A DNA stretch of 63,962 nt, filler included, from Diploschistes diacapsis (lineage: Eukaryota): assembly GCA_023645945.1 (NCBI GenBank). It is 24 parts of 24 records of this genome, joined end to end, with 100 filler letters (N's around TTAATTAATTAA, not from the genome) between each part and the next. Parts side by side here need not be neighbours in the genome. Positions count along the whole stretch, not along the records: positions 36,875 to 37,969 come from JALAIB010003977.1; positions 38,070 to 39,164 come from JALAIB010003978.1; positions 39,265 to 40,359 come from JALAIB010003979.1; positions 40,460 to 59,185 come from JALAIB010000398.1; 20 more parts are not named here. One strand, given 5' to 3'. Of the stretch, positions 37,741-49,073 are shown in pieces (the first letter of the stretch is position 1; the number at the start of each line of letters is the position of its first letter). The notes beneath the pieces were generated by a model. The model saw only the letters and a program-made list of their open reading frames with translations. It was not told where the DNA came from and ran no database searches. Position numbers and translations under genes: made by a program.

Positions 37741-38069
37741 TATAAGATGCAGTAATGTGATAGTAATGGTGGTAATATTCTTGAACTAATCTCTAGAGAA
37801 GAAAAGAGGAGATCCCTTTATAAAAACTTCTCTTATATAAACCTACGGCCTTGACGCGGCGATAAAATTGAGTCCTTCCGCTCGCCCGAAGGATTATTAT
37901 AATTATTTATTATAATTAACGTATATGCATACCGAGCGGACATCCTTCTCGATTCATACGAGTTGTAATNNNNNNNNNNNNNNNNNNNNNNNNNNNNNNN
38001 NNNNNNNNNNNNNTTAATTAATTAANNNNNNNNNNNNNNNNNNNNNNNNNNNNNNNNNNNNNNNNNNNN

Positions 38070-38206
38070 AGGATCTATTAAGCCTTATAAACTTGCATTA
38101 TTCCCGATTAGGATTAACAAGAACCCCAGTAGGTTCAGCTGAACTGAACCTGAACCTGAGGTTCAGCTGAACTTCCCAGCCATGCATTCTGCCTGCCTGC
38201 TCAACA
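38070..38206 (-). mobile_element. Copia LTR 5' part, reverse
   Basis: Reverse complement begins TGTTGAGCAGGCAGGCAGAATGCATGG, matching 5436 onward. Confidence 0.65.
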
Positions 38207-38971
38207 AAAATTATTAATCTTAAATATTACGGAGAAACGAGATTCGTTATTTAAAATATAAGATTGTGTATTGTATAATATATAAAAATAATAAAAAAAG
38301 TTTCGTACGTATTTAAAGGACGATCGGATCGTGTATCGTATCAGGTTCTTTTAATAATAACGGTTTTCTTCTTATTTTTATTATTTTTATTTCCTTTTTT
38401 CCGGTTTCTTTATTTTTGGGATCGGTATAATTGATTTATCGTTAGAGAACGAGTCGGACGAATTATCGTATTAATCTTTATTCTCATACGATCACTAATA
38501 TCTTACGAAATGGTCCCGTTATTTGTAATTGACGTAATATTTATCGAAATAATTAGTTAAGCGGCGGCATTCCGGGAAAAATATGAAACCACGTCGGCGA
38601 CATTCGATATATCGTATGTTACGCGTACGGCCGCGGGATTGAATAAGGACCGCGTTTATGTACGAAGCCCGATGCGATTTAATTTATTTAGATATAATAC
38701 GTTTTCGTACGAAAATAATATTAATATCGGATAGAATAAGAACCGCACGTTGTGTTACGTTTTGAACGAAATCCGTTAATTAATATCTTTCGATGCCGAG
38801 TTATGTAACGGCCGAAGTATGCGTATCGGGGTTTAGGTTTTTTTATTATTATAATCACGTAGTTATATATAATATAATAGGGAAATAGTATTTCTGGATT
38901 TTTAAAAATATTATATTTAATGTTTTAAATTAATAAAATAGTTATTATTTATTAGATATTAATTTTCGTTA

Positions 38972-39164
38972 ACGTGTTTTACGGTTAGCTCGGCTACCTT
39001 TAAAGCTCGGCCACTTTAAATCACTACCGTTAATATTCTACGGTTTTTAAATATAATTTATTTGTCGTAATTAAAATCTAATCGATCTAAATCGAATCTA
39101 TTTTCTTCCTTATTATCTTTCTTGATTTTAAAAACGCGACGATAGTTTTTACGCGTTATAAATC
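38972..39164 (-). mobile_element. Fot1/pogo right end
   Basis: Degenerate TIR followed by AAATCACTACCGTTAA, as at 31464 and 39747. Confidence 0.75.
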
Positions 39165-39264
39165 NNNNNNNNNNNNNNNNNNNNNNNNNNNNNNNNNNNN
39201 NNNNNNNNTTAATTAATTAANNNNNNNNNNNNNNNNNNNNNNNNNNNNNNNNNNNNNNNNNNNN

Positions 39265-39745
39265 AAAAAATATAATCGATTTTTAAATAACTAATCTTAA
39301 AAAATGTAAAGAACGTTTAATCTTTTTTAAAATTCGTTAACTATAATCGACAATTTATTAAAAATTATTTAAAGATAATAAACCCATTAATAAAATTTAT
39401 TAAAAAAGATTTACCTTACAAATAGACACAGGATCAGAAGTAAACCTTTCGGAAATTTAAGGACCTAACGGTTAACGCGCCTATCTTAGGATTCTATAAT
39501 TTAGATAAATTAATACGAATCGAAATCGATATTTTAAAATTAATTATTATAATATACTTATTATAACCAGATAACAATAATAAATAGCGGCTGATAGCTT
39601 ATTATTCGAGAAAGATATTATTAATAGAAATTAATTACGATATAAACGACTAAAAATTACTCGCTATAATCGTTACGTTAAATAAATAATATATTTACGT
39701 TCACGAAGTAAAGAAAACCGAAATCTATATAGACCATATAAATCT
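39265..39745 (+). pseudogene. Gypsy RT/RNase H fragment
   Basis: APILG.YN...IRIEID, IAYYSRK, NYDIND.KLLAII, YIDHINL. Confidence 0.75.
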
Positions 39746-39746
39746 A

Positions 39747-40359
39747 ACGTGTTTCACGGGGATTCCGGCCACCTCTAGATTCCGGCCACCTCAAATCACT
39801 ACCGCCAACATTCTACGGTTTTTAGATACAACCTATTCGTCGCAATTAGAATCCAATCGATCTGAATCGAATCTATCTTTCTTTTCTTTATTTTTCTCGA
39901 TTTTAAAAACGCGACGACGTTTTTTACGCGTTGTAGGTCGTTTTGAAACTATTCGACTCGATTTAGTCCGAGTTGTTATTTCAAGAACTTCGTCTGTGTT
40001 AAACATAAAACGATCTTTTAATTCGATTCGTTTGCTTGATTTACGTTTCTTACGATTATTAAAAAGCGTTTTTTGTTCTCGGTTTTCTTTACGAAGCGTT
40101 ATGAATTTAATATACGTCGATTTAAGCATACGGGTTACTTGACTCGAATAACGTCGAATCGGGTTAATTAGTTTTAAAACGGCTCGTAACGCCTGATTAA
40201 ATTCTTTATTAATCTTTCGCAGTTCGGTCGTATTTGGTAAAGAATTATATAATAAGAATAAATCCAAATCGAATTGATTCGTGGTTAAAAGAGGGTTATA
40301 AAATGGAGGTGAAGGGGTCCGGGAGGTCGAATAAAGCTTATTAAACACGGTTATAAAAT
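39747..40359 (-). mobile_element. Fot1/pogo right end with transposase C-terminal ORF (39833-40348)
   Basis: TIR at 39747; RTPSPP, PNTTELR, KKRKSSKRI basic tail typical of the region after DDE_1. Confidence 0.8.
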
Positions 40360-40609
40360 NNNNNNNNNNNNNNNNNNNNNNNNNNNNNNNNNNNNNNNNN
40401 NNNTTAATTAATTAANNNNNNNNNNNNNNNNNNNNNNNNNNNNNNNNNNNNNNNNNNNNGGTGCCGAGCCCGCCGATGCTGTATACGAATGCTTAGAGGG
40501 GAGGGAAGGGAAGGGGAATTGATGGGGCGGGGTGAATATGGATGTATTGACTGTATCATGCATGGTGCTTATTGCTGCTTAGCGATCCCTGCCCCTCCAA
40601 CGCTATGAC

Positions 40610-41855
40610 TTAAAGCTCATCGTCCACGTCCATGTCGACGTTCTGTGCACCTTTTATGCCTTTTGCGCCTTTTGTGCCTTTTGCGCCGTTCGTCTCGCCG
40701 TTGGTTTTTGCCATGGAGGCCTCTTTGTCGATCATTTGTCTCGATACGGAGACGATGTTGTCTTCGATCAGCTGCTGGCCGACGTCTTCCAAATCTGCGG
40801 ATAATATCAGCTCCATCGCCCCTGGGCCGTTTGAGCGGTACTTACGCTTCTTCGGATCCAGCTTTCCGACATATCGCGTCTTCAGCTGCTCCTTGGTAAG
40901 CTCCGTCTCCTCCTTGACCCGCTTCTCATAGCCCTCCGCCAAACCCACTAGCCTCTGTAATCTCTCCACGTTCCTGTTGCCCTCCTCCTTGAAGTCGTCC
41001 ATCTGCAGCGCCTCCGTCCAGACATGCTTGTGCAGGTTCATCAGCATATTCTCTTCCAGACCCGTCTTCCTGTAGTTGATCCCTATGCTGTAGTAATGCC
41101 TGTTAAGCCCGTGAATGAGCGCTTGTATCGACGGCTTATTCAGATGTCCCAAATTCGACGTCGTCTGCCGCGGCTCGTGCCCCATCATAAGCGTTTGCGG
41201 GTTGATTAACCGGAAGGCGTCGATGACGACTTTGCCCTTTACCGACTGTATTGGATCGACGACTACTGCGACCGCTCTCGGCGTTAACTGTTCGAACGAC
41301 TGCTGTGTGTTGATGTCGACGGACGAGAGCCAGCATCCGAAGCCGGGATGCGAGTGGTACCAGCCGACGACTGGTTCTGGCCTGAGAGCATCTTAGCTCC
41401 CCCGTCCCAACCACGAATCGAAAGTCGTGCGCCTCACCTTCCGGTCTGCCGCAGATTGTCCATCATCGTCTTCTGGAACACGGGATCCACCGCCTCCACG
41501 CTGACACCTGTTCCGCTCTGCGGCATCGCAAAGACGTCGACGACGCGCACGGTGTAGTCGTCCACGAACTCGCCCAGCATGAGGCCCATGACCTCCATGG
41601 GTACGCCGGCACGGCCATGCCGTAACATCTTTAGTAAGGCGAGGGAGGATATGTAGACGGTCTCGGAGTTGTCGATCAGGTTCGTGTCCTGTTGCAGGGC
41701 TCCGGTCAGTATCGTCCCAGTATAACAGCGCATGATGCAGCTTTGGATACGGCTGAGGAAAGGAGCTGGATATTGTTTAGACTTACGCTGCCTGTCGAAG
41801 GCCCACCACGGCCCATTGACGACGCAACTTGCAGCATATTCGAAAGCCGATCCAT
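40610..41855 (-). CDS. RPN11: 26S proteasome lid deubiquitinase Rpn11
   Basis: MDRL start; [35 protein letters not shown] motif [17 protein letters not shown]; introns at 41689-41786, 41382-41437, 40795-40845. Confidence 0.98.
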
Positions 41856-42533
41856 GGTGGCGGGTGTGAAGAGACAATCGTTCGGGTGGTCGATGCAAAT
41901 CCAAAGACGGTAGGTGCGCGGGAAACTGTTCTAGCTCTCAGCGTTTCTTCGGATCTCTATTTGAGGGTCAAGGATGAGTAGCTCTACTATAGAACTTGAG
42001 CTACCCAGGCACAGGAACGCAAGCGCAACTTATAACTTCGGCGCTGATCACCGTTCGGATAGTCTAGCATTGATCAGGCCTAGCGTCGCTAGGATCAGAG
42101 TCGGGCCGATATTGGCTTTTTGATACTTGTGCGATGACTTCAGATATCAGTATATATATATACTATATGGTATAGAGTATGAGGTCGATTCAAATCAGCA
42201 CATGGCCTACAATAACTTCTCGTTTGGAGTCCTACTGGGCTTTCTTCCCTACCAAGCCCCTTTTCGAACCCAGAAAGGCCTATCTAATTCCACCTTATCA
42301 CTATAGAGTAATGAACCTTAAATGGACTGATCGTCCGACGCATTCAAATCGTATTTTTGGCTCTCATTTCCCATTTGCGAACAGGGCAAGTCTAGAAACA
42401 AGCCAGGTTTATCTTGGTTTCAAAGCCAGCTGCATGGTCTTAGCGTGTCAAAGGCGATATGACTTTGCTCGGTCTATAGGTAGCTTAGCCGTGAACTAGT
42501 ATTCTTCAACCTTCCCTTCTGTTCTTGCATCAC

Positions 42534-44344
42534 TCATGCGGTATCGCGATGCAGACCCTCCTTATACCGACTCAAACATCTATCCCTAGCAAATTTGTGC
42601 TCCACAACCGGCTTGGGATACCCTGATTTTTTGCAGATAGTGTCGGCTCTTCTCGCCCAAGGCTCATGGATTGCTTTTCCCTGAACTTCCCTCAGCTCCG
42701 GTACCCACTTGCGAATGTATTCACCGTTGGGGTCGAACTTCTCGCTCTGCAAAGTGGGATTGAAGATGCGGAAATAGGGCTGTGGATCGACACCTGTTGA
42801 TGCACTGAAGCCCCATCCACCGCTGTTCGATGCGAAGTCTCCGTCAATCAGTCTAGACATGAAGTATTGCTCGCCCATGCGCCAGTCGATGAGCAAGTCT
42901 TTGGCAAGGAAGGAGGCCGTGATCATGCGACAGCGGTTATGCATATAACCCATGTTATTAAGTTGGCGCATTGCAGCATCCACGATAGGATAGCCGGTTC
43001 GGCCTTCCTTCCAGGCCGAAAAATGCTCTTGATTATACTCCCAGGCGATGTTGGTATACTCTGGTTTGAAACACTTGTTCATGCTACATGGAAAATCAGC
43101 GATTTCATAACTGTGAAAGATCTGCAGACTAACCAAACAAACGGCCAGTGTGCAAGAACATGCTTGTAGAAGTCCCGCCATGCGACCTCAGATATCCAGC
43201 CTTTGATACCCTCGTTCCCGCCATCCAATTTTTTCGTGTTGTTCGCATCTTGTGCAGCAGCTACGATTGAGCGTGCACTTAAGGTTCCTGAAGAGAGATG
43301 CACACTGAGCTTGGATGTTACCTCATCGGCCAGCAAATTCCGCTGTTCTTTGTACCTCCCAATGCGCTGGTCAACAAATTTACGCAGACGCTCCTGCGCC
43401 TCGTGCTCTCCTGCAGGCCAAAGGCTTCTGTACCGCTTCTTCTCCTCGTCATTCAAAGCTTTGTTTCTTGGCGCCTCAGGGATATGACTCTCGAATAAGA
43501 TTGCATACTTCTGACGACAGCTTGGTGGGTTGTTAGTTGGTGAGGGATAAGGATCTAGATGGCGAGGATGAGAGTCCAAATATCTAATCCACGCCCTGTA
43601 CCAGGGTGAGTAGACCGCGTACTGTCCTCCTGAGCCACTATGAAGCTCTCCCGGCGCAACTACGCAAGTGTCAGGTACAGGGTTCACTGCGATACCTTTC
43701 TCGAGCGCCTTGAAAATTAGTTTTGCATCTCTGCGTAATTCATCTACCTCATATTCAATATTCGCAAACAGATGGCTTGCGCCCCAATCTTCGCAGAGCT
43801 CCAGTATCCTCTCAGGTATGTCTTTGCGTCTCTCAACAGTCTCCACATACAAAGGTATATCCAGCTGCGCAAGGTCTTCCTTCAATATCTTCAAAGTCCG
43901 GAGCATAAAGTCCACGCGCATAGAGCTTGTTACGTGCGCCTCGAAATCTTGTGGTGAAACGATGTACAGGCAAATTAGAGGGACTCCCTTGCTCCGTGCC
44001 TTTTCCGAGGCAAGATGCAGGCCTTTATTATCACTGGTGCGCAAATCCTGCTTGAACCAATGTATCACTGAATCTTTAACTTGAATGTTTCTCCGTTCAG
44101 CTTCAGTCTCTTTAATGGCGTGGGTGAGAGTGTCGATGGGCCTGGGACGGGCGTTGTTGCTATACTCCTGGCACCTCTCGTTCGCCATCTCTGGTGGATA
44201 GTACCTTCGATCGATGATGCCATATTTCTCCGTTTCGTTGGCATTAGGATGGTGTGCTATGCCCATTTTTGCTCTTTTTTTCTGTGGATCAGGACTTGCT
44301 GAAGCTTTGCGTTTTCCATTTGTACTCAATCTATTTGAAAACAT
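42534..44344 (-). CDS. PHR1: Class I CPD photolyase
   Basis: HWFKQDLRTSDN, WPAGEHEA, TSKLSVHLSSG, WRDFYKH, GRTGYPIVDAAMRQL, MHNRCRM, DGDFASNSGGW, YFRIFNP; intron at 43084-43133; in-frame upstream ATG at 44482. Confidence 0.95.
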
Positions 44345-44916
44345 GGTAGACGAGTTATATAAGAGAGATTCTATAGAATGTGATCTTACAACACGAGTCG
44401 TGGAGGGGCAAGGGAACGCTGAATGTTTTCGAAAAGCAAGAATGGGTACCTTCACTGCACCGGAACTTAGGAGACAGCGCATAGAAAGGTCACAGTGACA
44501 GTCTGTTCGAATACACCAGACGAAGGATCAATGGACAGAGTAGAAGAAGCTGAGATCCGAGTCAACTACCTACAAAGAGAAAGCCATTTGAAGAGGAGGC
44601 GCGTCTTGAATTAAGCAAAGAGCCACAAAGAGATTAAAGATCGAGGACGCAAATCGAAAAGCTTGGTCTCGACTTCCGTATGTTGATGTCATTGAGAGCA
44701 GCCAGATCCGTTCTCATGCCAACCCAATTTTCATCAGCCTCAAAGATTATCTCTCCTGCCATGAGATGTTTCAGATCAATTATAATAAAATAAAATTGAG
44801 ATACTTGAAGCTCTCCAAACGGGTTTAGCTCTATCTTATGATCGATCTGAAGCCTCTCTCGAGCTTTTGTGTGGCCGTAAAGTGGTGGAACACCTGCAAG
44901 AGAGCCAAGGAGCCTA

Positions 44917-45013
44917 CAGTCAGGTGCCAAAAGTAGTTAGGTACACCATAAGCGGCAGTAAAGAGTTGACTGTTTATTTACTGCCGCTTATGGTGTACCT
45001 AACTACTTTTGGC
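44917..45013. repeat. Perfect 37-bp inverted repeat with 14-nt loop; probable miniature Tc1/impala-like element
   Basis: Arms 44926-44962 and 44977-45013 are exact reverse complements; left end reads TA-CAGTCAGGTGCCAAAAG. Confidence 0.85.
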
Positions 45014-45548
45014 CTAGTGCTGTACGAGCTCTTCTAGTGGCCCAATAGAACTGGGAAGCTGCTCAAACAATATTTTCAGTCTTCATTTAGCATCGAAGCC
45101 CTCCCTCGGTGTTGATAGCGTTGCCGCTCGGCTTGGATGACGATTTGAGGATTCGCGTGGGTATGACAGGTTGCAAGGCATAACATCCAAGTAGCATGTT
45201 TCACGGGACGCAGGTTCCCCTTGAGTTTCGCTCATGGCTGACTTGGGGTATGTAGAGGCTCAGAGGTTTATCCAAAATGCTGCTTTGCCTCCGCAGAATA
45301 ATGGGTATCAGTTTCAAGCTTCTCCTGCCTCTTGAAATGCAACGCCGCTCTTCCCTGTACACCTTTCTCTAGTAACACGAATCTTTCCTCTCCTGAGTGC
45401 TGGTTATGACTGCACCTTGTTGCCTACGAGGGTGTTGCAAGCTTATGCATTATGTTCATTCCCAAAGCCATGGAGTTTCATCACTAGTGTATGCCATCAT
45501 TAGTCTAAACCCATCCAATGCAAAACCATGTCCAAGCCTTTGCGTCAA

Positions 45549-47838
45549 TCACCCCAGATTCGGTCCCCTAGTTCCGAATCCTCCACCAACCATTGTTCGT
45601 CCTAGACCTTCGCTCAGGCCTAGATTGTTGCTCATCTGCCTTCCTTTCCCCTTGGGGCCTATTCCATTAGGCATACCCACAGGGCTTGCACTAGTCGATA
45701 CATCCGGGTCCAAACTAGATCTCGGACTGTCGTTGCTGCGCCGGTACGTTGCGCTGCGCACGGGTCGACTCGCAGTGGCAGGCATCGATGCTGAAAGAGC
45801 AATTTCTTGTGAAGCGGCGTGCTGAGCTTCCTGCTCGCGTTCCTCACGGATAGTAGCGATAGGGGTAGACTTCTTGCGCATACTATTTTTGTTAATGTGC
45901 AGAGGCGAGGTTGAAGGCGGAAGACCTTTGGTATCTGGACGAATCTGTTGGCTGTTGGGTTCGCCTATACCTTGGCTGTCCTTAGGTATGGCATCGTCAT
46001 CTTTGTCGTCGTCAGTGCTGCCGAAACCTTCCATTTCCACAAGCCAGTGGCATGATATGTGGCCAAGCAGCGCGATTATTGCAAGCAGCCACCAGGGTAT
46101 AATCACGTAACCTATCTTGATACCATATGTGAATGCGCCACCTGCGATGCTTGGCCCGCTGCCTCTCCCAATTGCCGAGATGGAAGTAGCCACGCCGTTA
46201 AGGGTTCCAAGGAGCCGGAGGCTGCCCGCGGAGTTTGTCAGAAGAATGGTCGTGCATGGAAAGGCAAAGACACCTGCTAAGCACTTGATTAACATGATGA
46301 AGGATATTGTGAGCTGCTGGAGCAAAGGCGTGGGCATCAACACCGCAAATGGCGTGAGGACATAGGCGACGGGATAAAAGAACGTGACCACTTTCAAGCA
46401 ATTCAGGACTCCGTATTTCTTTGCAACCGGTGGGAAGACAACGAATTGCAGTGTCATCGCCGCGAGGCCATCTATCCATGTTAGCAGGCCAGTCTCTAAG
46501 TCCCACATGACTCAACCTACACAAGGTGAAGATTAATCCAATGCGGTTGGACTTTAATCAGGGTCAGTGGCTGCAAAGTCTATGCAGAACAGAAACTCAC
46601 GTCTAAACCAAAGCCTCCAGCAAACTTGAATTGGAATTGGACAGCCAGATTGGTGTGTCGATCTGGCTGGGGTGGCAGATGTAAGAAAACAGGAATAAGC
46701 TGGTCGTAAGCGACGCTGTGGAATGCAAGAATAGTGTATGCCACAAGGTTCAAGTTGGCCTGACGCGTGAATACTTCACTGTAATGTGGAGGAGGCTCCG
46801 GCTTTGGATGTGGCTTCCTTGTATCTGGCAGAAGAGGAGACAGCTCGTCGGGCCCTTGACTATTTCGATATTTTCGTCTACGGTTCTTACAAGAATTCAC
46901 TAATGCTTGACCGAAGATTCGCCCAACATCTCTATCGTCTTTTCTTGTTGATAGAGTTTCCTGCTTGCGGTTAGTGACATACAGGTCACAAATACGCACA
47001 GGGTACCTTCAAAAACAGGAACCCAAAGGCAAGCCCAAATAGAAAGAGAACACTAGCAACAAGGTTGGGAAGAGCAAACGGAAACTCTTTGAAAAGTGCA
47101 AGGCCTCCGAATATATGCGGCATACTCCTCGCGGGATTGGCAAGAGCACCGCCAAAGACTGGACCAACGATAGCCCCAATAGACCACACCAGGGGCATTA
47201 CACTGAAGGCACGAGGCTGGAGAGACTTTTCCGGAACCATTTCTGCCACTACCGTGCGAATGATGCCTACGTTCCCGCTGCTTGCGCCAGCAATGGACCG
47301 AGCTGCAATCGCCCATGCTAAGGAACGGGAGAATCCAAACGATACACAGGCAACCATAGTATTGGTTAAGCAAATAAGAATAACGGGCTTCCGGCCAAAG
47401 TAGTCTGATGCACGCCCCATTGGTATTGCTGTTAGGCATTGACTGAATGAGAATACAGCAGACGTCACGCCAGCCTAAGAGCGTGAGCATGCTGCTAAAT
47501 TTTTGACGTAACAGATTCCGTTATACCCATTTGGCAACATCGTTTTCATGAACACCGAAACTCTCAATCATTTCGGGCTTTGCATCATTAGAGATGATTC
47601 GGTGATATCTGCAGGAGATCAGGCTTACGAGGTAAGGAAAGACGGACGTAAAAGCGACTATGGAAATGTCAGCGACATCATGACATGAAGCTTGCCTGCA
47701 GAACATACCTGGCTCTGCAAACCTGCATATTGCTTCGGTTGGTATTAGCTCTCAGACCTTTATTATAGGACCACCATCACACGCACACAGGATTAAGAGT
47801 TGCTGAGTCGGTAGCTTCAGCTCCTTTGCCCTCTTCAT
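45549..47838 (-). CDS. MFS transporter (YCR023C/ZIFL-like), multi-exon
   Basis: LPTQQLLIL, CRFAEP, FTSVFPYL, GRASDYFGRKP (motif A), GNVGIIRTVVAE, QPRAFSVMPLVWSIG, LGTLNG; several short GT-AG introns. Confidence 0.9.
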
Positions 47839-49073
47839 AGTCAACAGATGGCTTGATCAACGGATGAGCACAAAGAAAGTAGTGCAAGCCCACGCGAGCA
47901 TTCCAGTATCCCTCTAGATCAAGATATCTACATGAATCACACAGCTAAGATACAAATGATTCGCAGTGAGAAGCGATATGGGTAAAGGAGGATGGAGATC
48001 AGAGGCGTAACGAGAGAATATTGAAAGCACGAAGACCCTAGTCTATAGGGAAATAACAAGTTGAATAAGGAAAGCAGGAAGTACACCGCGTGAAGGGCAT
48101 TCAACAAGATCTGGTACAAAAAATATGGGTTTGGTCACCCGAGCATCAATCATGCTGTTAGCATTTTGCGGGGTGGGCTGAAGCCTCTTGCTAGTCCTTT
48201 CGGGGTACGGCAGCTACAACCACGCCCAGTATATAAGAAGGCTATATCTGTGCTTTTGATGATGATTCATTCCTAAGCGAAGCGCAGGACTTATATTTAA
48301 GTATTTGTGGAAACTTGAAGTTGTGAGGTCTAGGAACCAATCATACATGTAGCTTGCCTACGGTTATACTTGAGAGTTTCGGCAGCGGTTATTGTGACGG
48401 TTAATTTCGGTAGATTACAGACCTAAGCTCAGTTGCCTCGACAATACAGAGCTACTTTGATTTTGTATGTATATCCCATAGAAATTAAAGTACCTACATA
48501 CTTTCCAGTAAGAGTAAACACTATGTAATCTTTAAACATCTTTTATATTCTATATGGAGCCTCCCCCAGATACTGCGCATTACATATTGTGTGTACACCC
48601 GATTTTGCATACTGCCAAGATTACGGTCAGAATAACCGGCACCCGAGTTTCGCCTATCGGTTGAATTATTTCTCCACGATCCGTCTGAAAATGTACGCCA
48701 TACCATCGCCGCACCCGGAATATCCGAGTTAGTAGAGATCTCCTACATTATTCGAAGCTGCTTGCCATAGTCGGTTTAGAGACTTCAGCAGCAATCGCTA
48801 TCTCATCTCATCACTCATCTATCATCAGCAGCCTCCCATCTTGGGTGGCGACCGCCGCAGCCCCAGCGTCCAGGATCCAGAGATGTTTTGAAATTCTTTG
48901 TTGGTGCTCAAAATCTCGAAGGCATTTAGCCTTCTCTGAGCGCTTCACACTGCTTCTACTATCGCGTTTTTCGCGCAAAGCTGGTGCCTTAAGCTTTATA
49001 CTGATCTCTTGTCAGCGTACTCTCCCCTCTGAGGCGACCTCCAGGGCAACGCGGCTCGCTCTAGCTTTTCAAC

